Origin: a virus
Lineage: Duplodnaviria; Heunggongvirae; Uroviricota; Caudoviricetes
IMG/VR virus record: IMGVR_UViG_3300028888_000043
Location: 265,756-329,755 of that record
Strand: one strand, 5' to 3'
DNA: 64,000 nt
A program made the position numbers and the translations under genes. Numbering within the stretch: position 1 is the first letter of the stretch; each line of letters starts with the position of its first letter. Under the pieces are notes generated by a model, which was not told the origin of the DNA, searched no databases, and saw nothing but the letters and a program-made list of their open reading frames with translations. Below are positions 10,223 through 19,176 of this stretch, in pieces.

Positions 10223-10900
10223 ATGGCAGTTATATATCCTTGGTATCTGTTCAATCATGATAATGAATATTATGACCGTCTGAACAAACTTCAGGCGGAA
10301 GATGCCAATAGAAGGTTCTTCCAGAGAATCCGTGAAGTCCTACCAAAGAAAATAGAAGAATCTGGATTGTTCAATGTTCTTCCAATAAATTCTATGGATG
10401 ATGGATTTTCTGCTTATATCTCTCTTAAAAAGTATCCAAATGTAATAGGTATGGTCTCTATGACTCCGCAAATGGAAAAATACAACATAGAGTTTCAATG
10501 TTACATACAGGAACATAAATGGTCAAAGGTAATCATATCTGATTTACAGTTCTTTGAACTGGTCAAGTTTGACATTAATCCTGAACCGGAGAGAAAGTCT
10601 TTGTTCTTTAATAAAAATGTGAAGGAAAAACTGAGAACCTTTACAGAGAAGGAATTCTATTATCTGATTGAGACTAATATGAAGATTATGAAATGTAATC
10701 TTGTACCTGGTAAATTCAGATATGTGGAAGACAAGTACACTGCTGACTGGGATGAAGAAGAGGTTAAGAAATATATACAATACCCAGAATATGTAATATA
10801 TTCTGTGAAGGATGGTTTGATCATGTCAAACACTATCAAACCTAATTTTATGCAGAGGAAGTTGATGTATATGATGTCACAAAAAAATGGAGAGATTTGA
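10223..10900 (+). CDS. Hypothetical protein
   Basis: 225-aa ORF in operon context. Confidence 0.6.
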   Translation: MAVIYPWYLFNHDNEYYDRLNKLQAEDANRRFFQRIREVLPKKIEESGLFNVLPINSMDDGFSAYISLKKYPNVIGMVSMTPQMEKYNIEFQCYIQEHKWSKVIISDLQFFELVKFDINPEPERKSLFFNKNVKEKLRTFTEKEFYYLIETNMKIMKCNLVPGKFRYVEDKYTADWDEEEVKKYIQYPEYVIYSVKDGLIMSNTIKPNFMQRKLMYMMSQKNGEI

Positions 10901-10915
10901 TATCTCTCCATTTTT
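10882..10915. terminator. Bidirectional terminator between convergent genes
   Basis: AAAAATGGAGAGAT-TTGAT-ATCTCTCCATTTTT. Confidence 0.75.
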
Positions 10916-10916
10916 G

Positions 10917-11120
10917 TTAAATCATTGTACCGTGTTGACCGGTAGTTTCTGGATTGGATTGAACTCTTCCAAGTTTGTATCTTGATTTAGCCTGTTCATC
11001 CTTTTTATCATAGAACTTCTTGGTCTTTTCTACTGTCCTGAGAAAATCCCATCTATGTTCTGTGATGACAAATCTTGAATCATATTCAAAATTTTCCAAA
11101 TCTTTTCTGAAACTGCTCAT
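10917..11120 (-). CDS. Hypothetical protein
   Basis: 67-aa ORF downstream of the YkuK-like gene. Confidence 0.5.
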   Translation of the reverse strand: MSSFRKDLENFEYDSRFVITEHRWDFLRTVEKTKKFYDKKDEQAKSRYKLGRVQSNPETTGQHGTMI

Positions 11121-11139
11121 ATCTGTTGTTTTTGTTATG

Positions 11140-11643
11140 TTATTTTTTCACAATCTTGTCAGGGAATGAGGCGAAACAACTTCCATCTGCCTTTCCTTTC
11201 CAGGAACACTCGAATCCCGCCCATGCCACATATGCCTTCATCTCTTCAAAGATTTTATTGGAGTGGTTTTTCTCCTTTTCACCAGGATCCTGATTGATAT
11301 CCATTTCAACCAAATCTACCTGAATTCCATTGTTCTGTAACTCCTTTGCCACTTCACAGGATTCATAAACCTCTTGGCGGAGTCTGTTCTGTTCCTGTGT
11401 TTCATCATACTCTGGAACTTCCCATCTTCTCCAAATACAATGTGCCCCATGTCCATGCTCTCCATCACCTTTATCATACATAATGACAGCAGTACAGAAA
11501 ATAGTCTTACCTGCTCTGTTCTGTGAGTCTGTCGTCACGACGACTTCAATGTTGGAATGGTTCTGTACATAATCTTTCACATACTGCACGATGTCCTGAA
11601 TTTTCTGGCCGCCTGTTTTTCTGAAATCAATAATTCCAACCAT
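11140..11643 (-). CDS. YkuK / DUF458 RNase H-like protein
   Basis: TDSQ, GHGAH, E..ES, DIN pattern. Confidence 0.7.
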   Translation of the reverse strand: MVGIIDFRKTGGQKIQDIVQYVKDYVQNHSNIEVVVTTDSQNRAGKTIFCTAVIMYDKGDGEHGHGAHCIWRRWEVPEYDETQEQNRLRQEVYESCEVAKELQNNGIQVDLVEMDINQDPGEKEKNHSNKIFEEMKAYVAWAGFECSWKGKADGSCFASFPDKIVKK

Positions 11644-11697
11644 TACTCAATAGTATTAAAATAATTAAACAATCATTATAAAAATACCAAAAAAAGT

Positions 11698-13776
11698 TTA
11701 ATCTTCAAACTCTTCCTTCCATTCTATGACAGACTGTGGTACTCCATCATGGAACATACTTACTATTGAGTTGTCTTTTACAATTACAATATCCTCACCT
11801 TCAACAATATAGAAACCATTTCTTACTCCGGTGTCATTTATTGTAGATACAAATTCTTCTAATGTGTTATTCTTATATGTATCACTGATGACTGTGGCAT
11901 CTTTCAATCCCCTGTAATCTTCTACCTGTAAGAAGTCCCTGTAAACAATGTCCCTTCTCATATAGGTACTGGCAGCATCATCCTTTCTCAAATAGGTGTC
12001 TTCTGCATCATCTTTTGCGAGGAAGATTGAATCAACAGTTGTCTTGTCATAAACTGAACTTTTCTTTGCATATGAATTAAGTTCAGACCTCTTCACATAA
12101 CCTGAAAGGGTCGAATTGATTTCAGACTTCTTTGGATAATCTGCAAGGTCAATACCTTCCGTGAGGAATCCCTGTGCTAAAACCCATTCCTGTGTAGCAT
12201 AATCATCAAGGATAGGAAGGTCAGTCTTCTTGGCATATTTGGTCAATGACTGATGAGTTGTAAGATAATTCTGTTCTCTCACCCAATCCTGTGTAGCAAG
12301 ACCTTCAATGGAAGGAATAACAATGTCATCCTTTCTCACATACTCATCCATATCAGGAAGGTCAGTCTTCTTGGCATATTTGGTCAATGACTGATGAGTT
12401 GTCAAATAATTCTGACTTCTTACCCAGTCCTGTGATGCCAGACCATCTACTGAAGGAACATCAAGTTCATCTTTCCTGATGTATTCATCCATATTTGGGA
12501 GATCAGTCTTTTTAGCATACTTGGTGAGCTGCTGATGTTGTGTAAGGAATCCTTGTTCCATAACCCAATCCTTTGATGCCAGACCATCTACTGAAGGAAT
12601 GTCAAGTTCATCTCTTCTGATATAATCTTCCATATCAGGAAGTTCAGACTTCTTGGCATAACCTTTCAAGGATTGATGCTGTGTGAGATAACCCTTACCT
12701 TCAACCCATTCCTTGGTTGCAATTGAATCTGAAAGTTGTGTATCAATGTCATCAACCTTAACAAACTGATCAAAATCAGGAAGTTCAGATTTTCTGACAT
12801 AACTCTTTAATGACTGGTGTTGTGTGAGGTAACCCTGGTTTCTTACCCAATCCTGTGATGCAAGATCATCAAGTGAAGGGATATTGATTTCATCCCTTGT
12901 CACAAAGTTAGATGTGTCAGGGAGTTCAGACTTCTTGACATAACTCTTCAAGGACTGATGCTGTGTAAGGAATCCTCTTGAATTGACCCAATCCTGTGTG
13001 GCAAGACCATCAAGTGACTGTGAAGGGATTTCAGACTTCTTTACAAATTCAGATACATCAGGGATGTCAGTCTTCTTGGCATATCCCTTCAATGACTGGT
13101 GTTGTGTGAGATAACCCTTACCTTCTACCCATTCCTTGGTTGCCAATGAATCCGACAACTGTGTGTCAATGTCATCAAGTTTCACGAACTGACTGAAATC
13201 AGGTAGTTCTGCTTTCTTCACATAACCCTTCAATGACTGATGCTGTGTGAGATAGTTGGCATCATTGGCAAGTTCTGAAACCTTTGTTGGAATGGAATCC
13301 TTGGTTGCAAAATTTGAAGTATCAATATCAATACTTATGTTGTTGATGCTGTTTGCAACCTCATTGATTCTGTCAGAAAGACCCCTTACATCAGACTTTT
13401 TGGCAAATGCACCCGCCTGTGCTGTAGTGACATAACCTGATTCTACATCAGAAAGTCTGTCCTTGATGGCAACAATTTCACCTTTGATACTGATAATATC
13501 ATTGTTGAGTCTACCAATGGCTTCTTCATCATATGATTTGTTCACTGTATCCAGGACCACAAGATTGGCCTTCTTGATGAGAGCATTCACCTCATTCTTT
13601 GAAAGATATGAATGGTCTTTCAGCCAGGTATCAAGTGTTGCCGTGGAAATATATCCGACATCATTCTTGAATGAACTGAGATTTTTTGGCAGTTCGCTTC
13701 TCTTCAAGTAGATATCTGATTCAGACTTCACTACTGTGGATACGGTTGTGTTTTGTGATGTGTTATTACTAATCAT
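11698..13776 (-). CDS. Late fibre-like virion protein with 47-aa repeats
   Basis: Eight (Y/F)LT(Q/T)HQ(S/Q)L units; late promoters at 13789-13805 on the minus strand. Confidence 0.65.
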   Translation of the reverse strand: MISNNTSQNTTVSTVVKSESDIYLKRSELPKNLSSFKNDVGYISTATLDTWLKDHSYLSKNEVNALIKKANLVVLDTVNKSYDEEAIGRLNNDIISIKGEIVAIKDRLSDVESGYVTTAQAGAFAKKSDVRGLSDRINEVANSINNISIDIDTSNFATKDSIPTKVSELANDANYLTQHQSLKGYVKKAELPDFSQFVKLDDIDTQLSDSLATKEWVEGKGYLTQHQSLKGYAKKTDIPDVSEFVKKSEIPSQSLDGLATQDWVNSRGFLTQHQSLKSYVKKSELPDTSNFVTRDEINIPSLDDLASQDWVRNQGYLTQHQSLKSYVRKSELPDFDQFVKVDDIDTQLSDSIATKEWVEGKGYLTQHQSLKGYAKKSELPDMEDYIRRDELDIPSVDGLASKDWVMEQGFLTQHQQLTKYAKKTDLPNMDEYIRKDELDVPSVDGLASQDWVRSQNYLTTHQSLTKYAKKTDLPDMDEYVRKDDIVIPSIEGLATQDWVREQNYLTTHQSLTKYAKKTDLPILDDYATQEWVLAQGFLTEGIDLADYPKKSEINSTLSGYVKRSELNSYAKKSSVYDKTTVDSIFLAKDDAEDTYLRKDDAASTYMRRDIVYRDFLQVEDYRGLKDATVISDTYKNNTLEEFVSTINDTGVRNGFYIVEGEDIVIVKDNSIVSMFHDGVPQSVIEWKEEFED
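12170..13260 (-). repeat. 141-bp (47-aa) tandem repeat
   Basis: First and last HQ codons are 987 bp = 7 x 141 apart. Confidence 0.9.
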
Positions 13777-13788
13777 ATACCATTTCCT

Positions 13789-13822
13789 TATTTATAGTAT
13801 TTATGGAAATTTTGTTATATTT
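13789..13822. promoter_or_regulatory. Back-to-back promoters: late YATAAATA x2 (minus) and TTTGTTATATTT (plus)
   Basis: 13789-13796 and 13798-13805 (minus); 13811-13822 (plus). Confidence 0.7.
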
Positions 13823-13845
13823 TAAGTATAACAAATTTAATTGAT

Positions 13846-14223
13846 ATGATGGAATTACAAGAAAGAATCAATGTTCTTTTCCAGGGTGCTGAATTGGCCC
13901 AGAAGGCAGGTGCTTTGACAATTGATGAGGCATATGTCACCAAGAAAGCAATGGATGCTCTCAAAAACGGTATTGCTTACAAGGAGGCATTCTCAATCCT
14001 CATCCAGATTGCAGAGAAAGGTCAGAAGGCTGGTGTCTATACATTGAAGGATGCCCATCTTCTTTATGCTGCGGCAGAAGGATATGAGAGAGTCATTCCT
14101 ATTGAGCAGCCTGCACCACAGCCCGCACCTGTTTCACAGGAAGGTCCTACCGGTCCAACTGGCGGTCCCGGGGATCCGGGAGTCAAAACTGCCAAGGTCA
14201 AAAAAACAAAAGAGAGCAATTAA
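13846..14223 (+). CDS. Hypothetical protein with internal duplication and Pro/Gly tail
   Basis: AELAQKAGALTIDEA vs AEKGQKAGVYTLKDA. Confidence 0.65.
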   Translation: MMELQERINVLFQGAELAQKAGALTIDEAYVTKKAMDALKNGIAYKEAFSILIQIAEKGQKAGVYTLKDAHLLYAAAEGYERVIPIEQPAPQPAPVSQEGPTGPTGGPGDPGVKTAKVKKTKESN

Positions 14224-14236
14224 GCTCTCTTTTTTG
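14208..14236. terminator. Bidirectional terminator
   Basis: AAAAGAGAGC-AATTAA-GCTCTCTTTT between convergent stops. Confidence 0.7.
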
Positions 14237-14237
14237 T

Positions 14238-15533
14238 TTATTCCTCATTGTCAAGTTTCAAACTCTTCAATTTATCATTGTAGTTCTTGTCAGCTGTCTC
14301 TTTCAGTTTCTTTGCTTCTGAAACAATCTTGTTGAGAAGAGTCTTTGAACTTGTCTTGAAGTTGTCAGGAAGTTTGATGACCTTTCCTTTTTCATCCTTC
14401 AACTGACCATCTGTTATAATCTTTATGATGTCTGTGAAGTAGTTTCCAGCCTTATCACCAGTCTCGTCATTGAGAGGAAGATTATAACTGACTGTTCCAT
14501 CAGAGATGACAGCACATTTTGCCATCAAAGGAAGTGACTTACCATAATCTGAATCATTGAACACACAGTTCTTGATGAAAGCACTGACAGCGATACACAT
14601 TGCCTGTACTGACTGACCTGGTGTCTCATTGAATTTCTCCATCACATCATTGGCCTTGAGTGCAGTATAGAAAGAATCAATCAACTTATATGTTGTCTTG
14701 AATTCCTTTGAATCAAGGTCAACATCCTTGAAGATAGACTTGAATCCAAGCATTTCATCATTCTTGATGAGATTTGACTTGTCATCTTTCTCCCTTCTAA
14801 TCTTGTCAAATTCACCACAGAGATTCTGGATGGCCTTGTCACCAAGAAGATTGTCAGGTTTCATAGGGGATGCTTCCACATCAGAAATCAGTCTTTCCCT
14901 TTCTTTCTGAATTTCATTGAGCTGGTCATTCTGGAACTTCTCCATCTGCTTGTTTATGTCTTCCTGTTTCTTGAGTTCCTCCTTGTTCTGTTTTTCAAGT
15001 TCCTTCCTGACTTCCTCATCCTTGATGTCAGCAAGGATAGACCTGTTGATGACAGTCTTCATATCCTTCAACAGGGTGTCAGCCCATTTCTTCATCTGTT
15101 CATCATCACCGCAGATGGAATTGATTTTCTCCTTGGCTGCTTCAAGATTTTCCCTCAATGTGTCATCCTTGAATTTCATACCCTTGGCAGGAATGGGGTC
15201 TGTTTCATCCCTCTTGGCATCATTCATTTTCTTCTCATACCAGTCGGAAGCAAAATCCACCAACTCCTGGCGGATCTGGTTACACTGACTCTTCTTGCTC
15301 AATTTCATTGTGGAGAATCCTGTAAGGGAATCATCAATCTCCTTGTACACCCTGATGACCTCCGGGTCACCCTTGATGGTTTCCCAGTCTTTCTTGAAAA
15401 GATTCTTGGCCATACCAAAGAGTGTTTTGAGGAGACCTTCATTCAATGATACCAGTTCCTCATATTCTTTCTGTTCCAACATAGGAGTATAAACCTCCCT
15501 AATGAAATCATCTCTTTTAAGTATTTTGTCCAT
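14238..15533 (-). CDS. Putative internal head protein
   Basis: Helical and charged; N-terminal SLNEG resembles T4-type prohead protease site; in a late operon. Confidence 0.5.
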   Translation of the reverse strand: MDKILKRDDFIREVYTPMLEQKEYEELVSLNEGLLKTLFGMAKNLFKKDWETIKGDPEVIRVYKEIDDSLTGFSTMKLSKKSQCNQIRQELVDFASDWYEKKMNDAKRDETDPIPAKGMKFKDDTLRENLEAAKEKINSICGDDEQMKKWADTLLKDMKTVINRSILADIKDEEVRKELEKQNKEELKKQEDINKQMEKFQNDQLNEIQKERERLISDVEASPMKPDNLLGDKAIQNLCGEFDKIRREKDDKSNLIKNDEMLGFKSIFKDVDLDSKEFKTTYKLIDSFYTALKANDVMEKFNETPGQSVQAMCIAVSAFIKNCVFNDSDYGKSLPLMAKCAVISDGTVSYNLPLNDETGDKAGNYFTDIIKIITDGQLKDEKGKVIKLPDNFKTSSKTLLNKIVSEAKKLKETADKNYNDKLKSLKLDNEE

Positions 15534-15534
15534 A

Positions 15535-17202
15535 TTATGAATTTATAGTTATCTTTGGTAATTTGTTCACTGAACCGATGGTTGTCTGTGCCAGTCCATA
15601 GGATTTGCCATTGACCATAATTGCACCATTCACACTCAAAGGTCCGGAAGGAAGATTCTCTGTCACTTCAGGTGGAAGACAGAGTTGTGCCTTTCCCTTA
15701 TCAATGATTTCTTCCTTACATACTTCAATCATATCAATGAGACAGTCTCCATATGCAGTTATCTGGATGTTGGACTTGTTGCACTTGCTGAAATAAATTT
15801 CATACAACTTGAATTCATCCTGTGCTACTTCCAGACTGGTGGAGAATCCATTGATGGTTATATGGAGTTCACAGTATCCATCTGCCTTGGCATGGAGATT
15901 GAGTTTGATACCATCTTCAATGTCGGCGGAAGAAAGTTCTATTGTTCCAAAATGGAGATAGAGATAACCTTCCTCACCAATGAATTTCTGGTATGCCTCA
16001 TCTGTGGAGATGACATACTGACCGTCACCATAGTAATCAAAGATGTCAACCTCATTGAACTCAGTGTTGATATGGATACCTTCTTCATCAAATTCATCCA
16101 TATAGATGATGTCTTCATCCTCCAGTTCCTCATAAGGGAATGGACCATTACACTTGGCCTTCAACTTGATGGTGATTTTATCACTGTCCAGGAATGGCTG
16201 TGTGTCTTCACCTATGATGAACAGTCTACACCTGTTCTTGTCCTTGTCTTTCCATTCAACAAACCTGAATGATTCATCAGGGTCAGAACCAATCACATCG
16301 GTACTTGGAATACACTTGGCGACCATATGGTATCCTTCAAGTACATCTATGAGTGTATCATATGGTATGGTTTCCTTATCATCGAAAGTATCATCCTTCC
16401 TGTTTGAGATATGATATTCCACATGGTCATAATCAATGACAAAATGTGATGATTTGTTTGTGGGGTCTGAAACTATATGGAACAATTTCCTCGGTCTATA
16501 AAGTGCCAGGACAATTGTGTCTTCCTGAATTACGAACCTGTAAATATTGTCCCTGTTGATGATGTTCTCTTCCCAGGTCTCTTCCTCACATTCCTCATCA
16601 TCTTCATTTGTATTGAGGAATGCCCAACCAAGGAAGATATGTGTAGGGGTGTCATTTGCTTCCACCTCTATTGTTGTACCAGAATAGAAATCACCTTCCT
16701 GTGTGTTGTAATATGGATCTGAACTTGTATTTTCAGTATCAATCATAAAAACACTCAAATGACAGAGTTTCCTTTCTCCGAAATCCAGTCTGTAAACAGG
16801 TGGATATTCCTCTGTCTGTAAAGATGATATGTTGTCTGGATATGAGAATGTACCATAAGGACAGTTGAAAGCACCTATTAGGTTCAGTGAGAGTGCATCC
16901 ACATCCCTCAAGTCAGCAAGTTCCTGATTGGCATTGGGTGTTGAACCATTTCCATCAGTTCCATTACCATTTGAACCATTTGGATTGTTGGCCGCATTTG
17001 CCATAGCAATGTCATAGGCATTCTTTCCTGCATAATCTGCAACATAGAAATCAAAGCACACATCCTGCCCTTTTGTAATGTCCTTCAAGCAAGGAAAATA
17101 CAAGGCATATCCATCTGCACAATACTGGGTACCGGCATCACAGGAGTTTGTACCAATGTTGTACACATTCCTGATTATGTTTGTTGTCAGTGAATTATCC
17201 AT
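15535..17202 (-). CDS. Late virion-associated protein with B-repeat/Ig-like segments
   Basis: GTTIEVEA...FLGW and FRFVEW beta-repeat patterns; late promoter at 17221-17228. Confidence 0.5.
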   Translation of the reverse strand: MDNSLTTNIIRNVYNIGTNSCDAGTQYCADGYALYFPCLKDITKGQDVCFDFYVADYAGKNAYDIAMANAANNPNGSNGNGTDGNGSTPNANQELADLRDVDALSLNLIGAFNCPYGTFSYPDNISSLQTEEYPPVYRLDFGERKLCHLSVFMIDTENTSSDPYYNTQEGDFYSGTTIEVEANDTPTHIFLGWAFLNTNEDDEECEEETWEENIINRDNIYRFVIQEDTIVLALYRPRKLFHIVSDPTNKSSHFVIDYDHVEYHISNRKDDTFDDKETIPYDTLIDVLEGYHMVAKCIPSTDVIGSDPDESFRFVEWKDKDKNRCRLFIIGEDTQPFLDSDKITIKLKAKCNGPFPYEELEDEDIIYMDEFDEEGIHINTEFNEVDIFDYYGDGQYVISTDEAYQKFIGEEGYLYLHFGTIELSSADIEDGIKLNLHAKADGYCELHITINGFSTSLEVAQDEFKLYEIYFSKCNKSNIQITAYGDCLIDMIEVCKEEIIDKGKAQLCLPPEVTENLPSGPLSVNGAIMVNGKSYGLAQTTIGSVNKLPKITINS

Positions 17203-17220
17203 ATATAAATCTTATATATG

Positions 17221-17255
17221 TATTTATGAAAAAGGAGGTGATTGCTCACCTCCTT
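17221..17255 (-). repeat. 35-bp terminator + late-promoter element, copy 1
   Basis: Identical to 18356-18390; 10-bp stem, GCAA loop, T tract, then CATAAATA on the minus strand. Confidence 0.9.
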
Positions 17256-17258
17256 CTC

Positions 17259-17684
17259 CTATAAACCTCTTTCTTTTTTGTATTCCTCATAGACCTCTTT
17301 CAACTGGTCATCAGTCAAGAAAAAACCATTGTTTTTGATGTAGAAATCATAAATCATCTTTTCATAGACATGCCTTTCATCAATGAAATCAATGAGATGA
17401 TGAAGTTCTTTCAGGTCATCGATGGTGATACCGAAGTATTCAGCATATTCAGGAACAAGGAACTTTCCGATATACCTGCCTACATAACAATCCTTATGAT
17501 ATGTCATAAGTTCTTCTTTGGTCATATTTTTCCACCTGATGACATGGATACCATTCTCATCCATATAACTTGTTTCATATCCATAATCTGGGTCATCATC
17601 TATGTATAGAATATTTGCCACCCTTGGTGTGTAATCAGGGAATTTTGAGAAAAATGCATTGGATCCTATTTCAAATTGTTTCAT
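17259..17684 (-). CDS. Hypothetical protein (degenerate nucleotidyltransferase-like N-terminus)
   Basis: IGSNAFF start but no DxD. Confidence 0.45.
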   Translation of the reverse strand: MKQFEIGSNAFFSKFPDYTPRVANILYIDDDPDYGYETSYMDENGIHVIRWKNMTKEELMTYHKDCYVGRYIGKFLVPEYAEYFGITIDDLKELHHLIDFIDERHVYEKMIYDFYIKNNGFFLTDDQLKEVYEEYKKERGL

Positions 17685-17687
17685 ATC

Positions 17688-18332
17688 TTATATTACTGGT
17701 CTTATATTTATACCTATATATCTTGAAGGTTTACCTATTTCCCTATAATGACTACCTTCATCTGCTTTAATGTAGAAAGCATAAGCAAAAGTTGAGTTTG
17801 TTGTTGATAATGAATTCAACCAAAAATAGAAATCTGTTGCCAAAGTTAGTTGTACTCCATTTATCTTTGATGTGAACACACCACTTGTTCCAGGAGTCCA
17901 AGTTGTGTTGGCCAACAGTTCTTGAACATCTTCTATTGATGGTAATCTCCATCTTCCACCAAGGATTTTTCTGGCAGCATCATCTTCCATATCCAATACT
18001 AATTTTCCATCAGTTGAATTGTATTTTGCATATTGTGTTTCATCAATCTTTGCCCATCTATATGTTGCTTCTGTATATGTTTGTTTTGTTGCCAGTTCAC
18101 CCCAGGAGAATTTGGAACCTTTAGATGATGGTGTTGATGAACCAATATCACATGCGGCCCATAATCTACCAGAAGGAAGTCCAAGGTCAACAAATGCTAT
18201 CTCATTATTATATGCATATCTTTTCCAGGACAATTCATTATTGGTTGTACAGTAAGTTACATTTGGTGTTATTGCTGTATTTTTCTGTGTTTCAAAATCA
18301 GCTAAGTTATCAGTATATTTGAAATATTTCAT
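17688..18332 (-). CDS. VDLGLPSG-family protein
   Basis: FVDLGLPSGRLWA, FSWGE, DDAA, WRLP, GINIRPV; own late promoter. Confidence 0.75.
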   Translation of the reverse strand: MKYFKYTDNLADFETQKNTAITPNVTYCTTNNELSWKRYAYNNEIAFVDLGLPSGRLWAACDIGSSTPSSKGSKFSWGELATKQTYTEATYRWAKIDETQYAKYNSTDGKLVLDMEDDAARKILGGRWRLPSIEDVQELLANTTWTPGTSGVFTSKINGVQLTLATDFYFWLNSLSTTNSTFAYAFYIKADEGSHYREIGKPSRYIGINIRPVI

Positions 18333-18355
18333 AATTGTAGATACTTCTATACATA

Positions 18356-18390
18356 TATTTATGAAAAAGGAGGTGATTGCTCACCTCCTT
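18356..18390 (-). repeat. 35-bp terminator + late-promoter element, copy 2
   Basis: Identical to 17221-17255. Confidence 0.9.
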
Positions 18391-18391
18391 T

Positions 18392-19111
18392 CTATGTCCA
18401 AAGTGCAAAGAAATATTTCCTGAACAAGTCAAGTGACTTATCTATGATTTCATCCTCATCCTTTGTCTTTATCTCATCAGACACCATCAATTCAAACCCT
18501 TTCAGCATGTCTTCAAGTATCTTCAACCACTCATCAAGTGATTTCATATCAGCGGGATGACATTTCATTTCCTTCACATCCTCTATGAATGCCTTGAGTC
18601 TTGGATAGACGAACCTTGCGATCGTACCGTCAAGATTCCAGGTCTCCGAGATGTCAAATCCCCTTTCCAGTCTCTGCTGTGTGTATGCCTCCCATCTGTC
18701 ATCATCCGGATCCACCAGGGAGAAGCAGACATTTGGAATACCATACGGGTCTCTTGCCTGGACATCTGGGTCAGTCCTGTCATATGAGTAATAGAACTTG
18801 GCCAGGTCATAGGAACGAACCCTGTCATAGTTCAAATCAACCACATACTGGTATTTGCCCATTGAAGGATTGAGTTCAACACCCGTATTGACCTCTTTGT
18901 AGAGGTCATAACTGTTTTCATCCTGATGATTGTGGATATGTGTCATATACAAATCTTTGAAAAACTTGATATATGACTTGTACTCAAAGAAGGTGTACTT
19001 CTTTTTCAGGTTGCACTCTTTGATAAGATTTTCATCCTTGATGGTCACTTTCACAATACCTCCATGGTTGAAGAACTCCAATGGGGTTAATTCATCTAAA
19101 ATTACTTCCAT
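18392..19111 (-). CDS. Hypothetical phage protein
   Basis: 239 aa; WNLD..IA.F..PRL...F..LW C-terminal domain. Confidence 0.6.
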   Translation of the reverse strand: MEVILDELTPLEFFNHGGIVKVTIKDENLIKECNLKKKYTFFEYKSYIKFFKDLYMTHIHNHQDENSYDLYKEVNTGVELNPSMGKYQYVVDLNYDRVRSYDLAKFYYSYDRTDPDVQARDPYGIPNVCFSLVDPDDDRWEAYTQQRLERGFDISETWNLDGTIARFVYPRLKAFIEDVKEMKCHPADMKSLDEWLKILEDMLKGFELMVSDEIKTKDEDEIIDKSLDLFRKYFFALWT

Positions 19112-19132
19112 ATAGTTGATTTCTTATGAAAT

Positions 19133-19165
19133 AAAGATAACAAAAATCCCGGATTTGTTATATTT
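19133..19165. promoter_or_regulatory. Divergent pair of TTTGTTAT(A/C)TTT promoter motifs
   Basis: AAAGATAACAAA (minus copy) and TTTGTTATATTT at 19154-19165. Confidence 0.65.
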
Positions 19166-19176
19166 AAGGTGCTATT

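Noticed and set aside
12170-13260. CRISPR-like array
   Set aside because: Repeats are in-frame, degenerate coding repeats; no identical repeats with unique spacers were seen anywhere in the window
17259-17684. Active nucleotidyltransferase
   Set aside because: Has the GS motif but lacks the catalytic DxD
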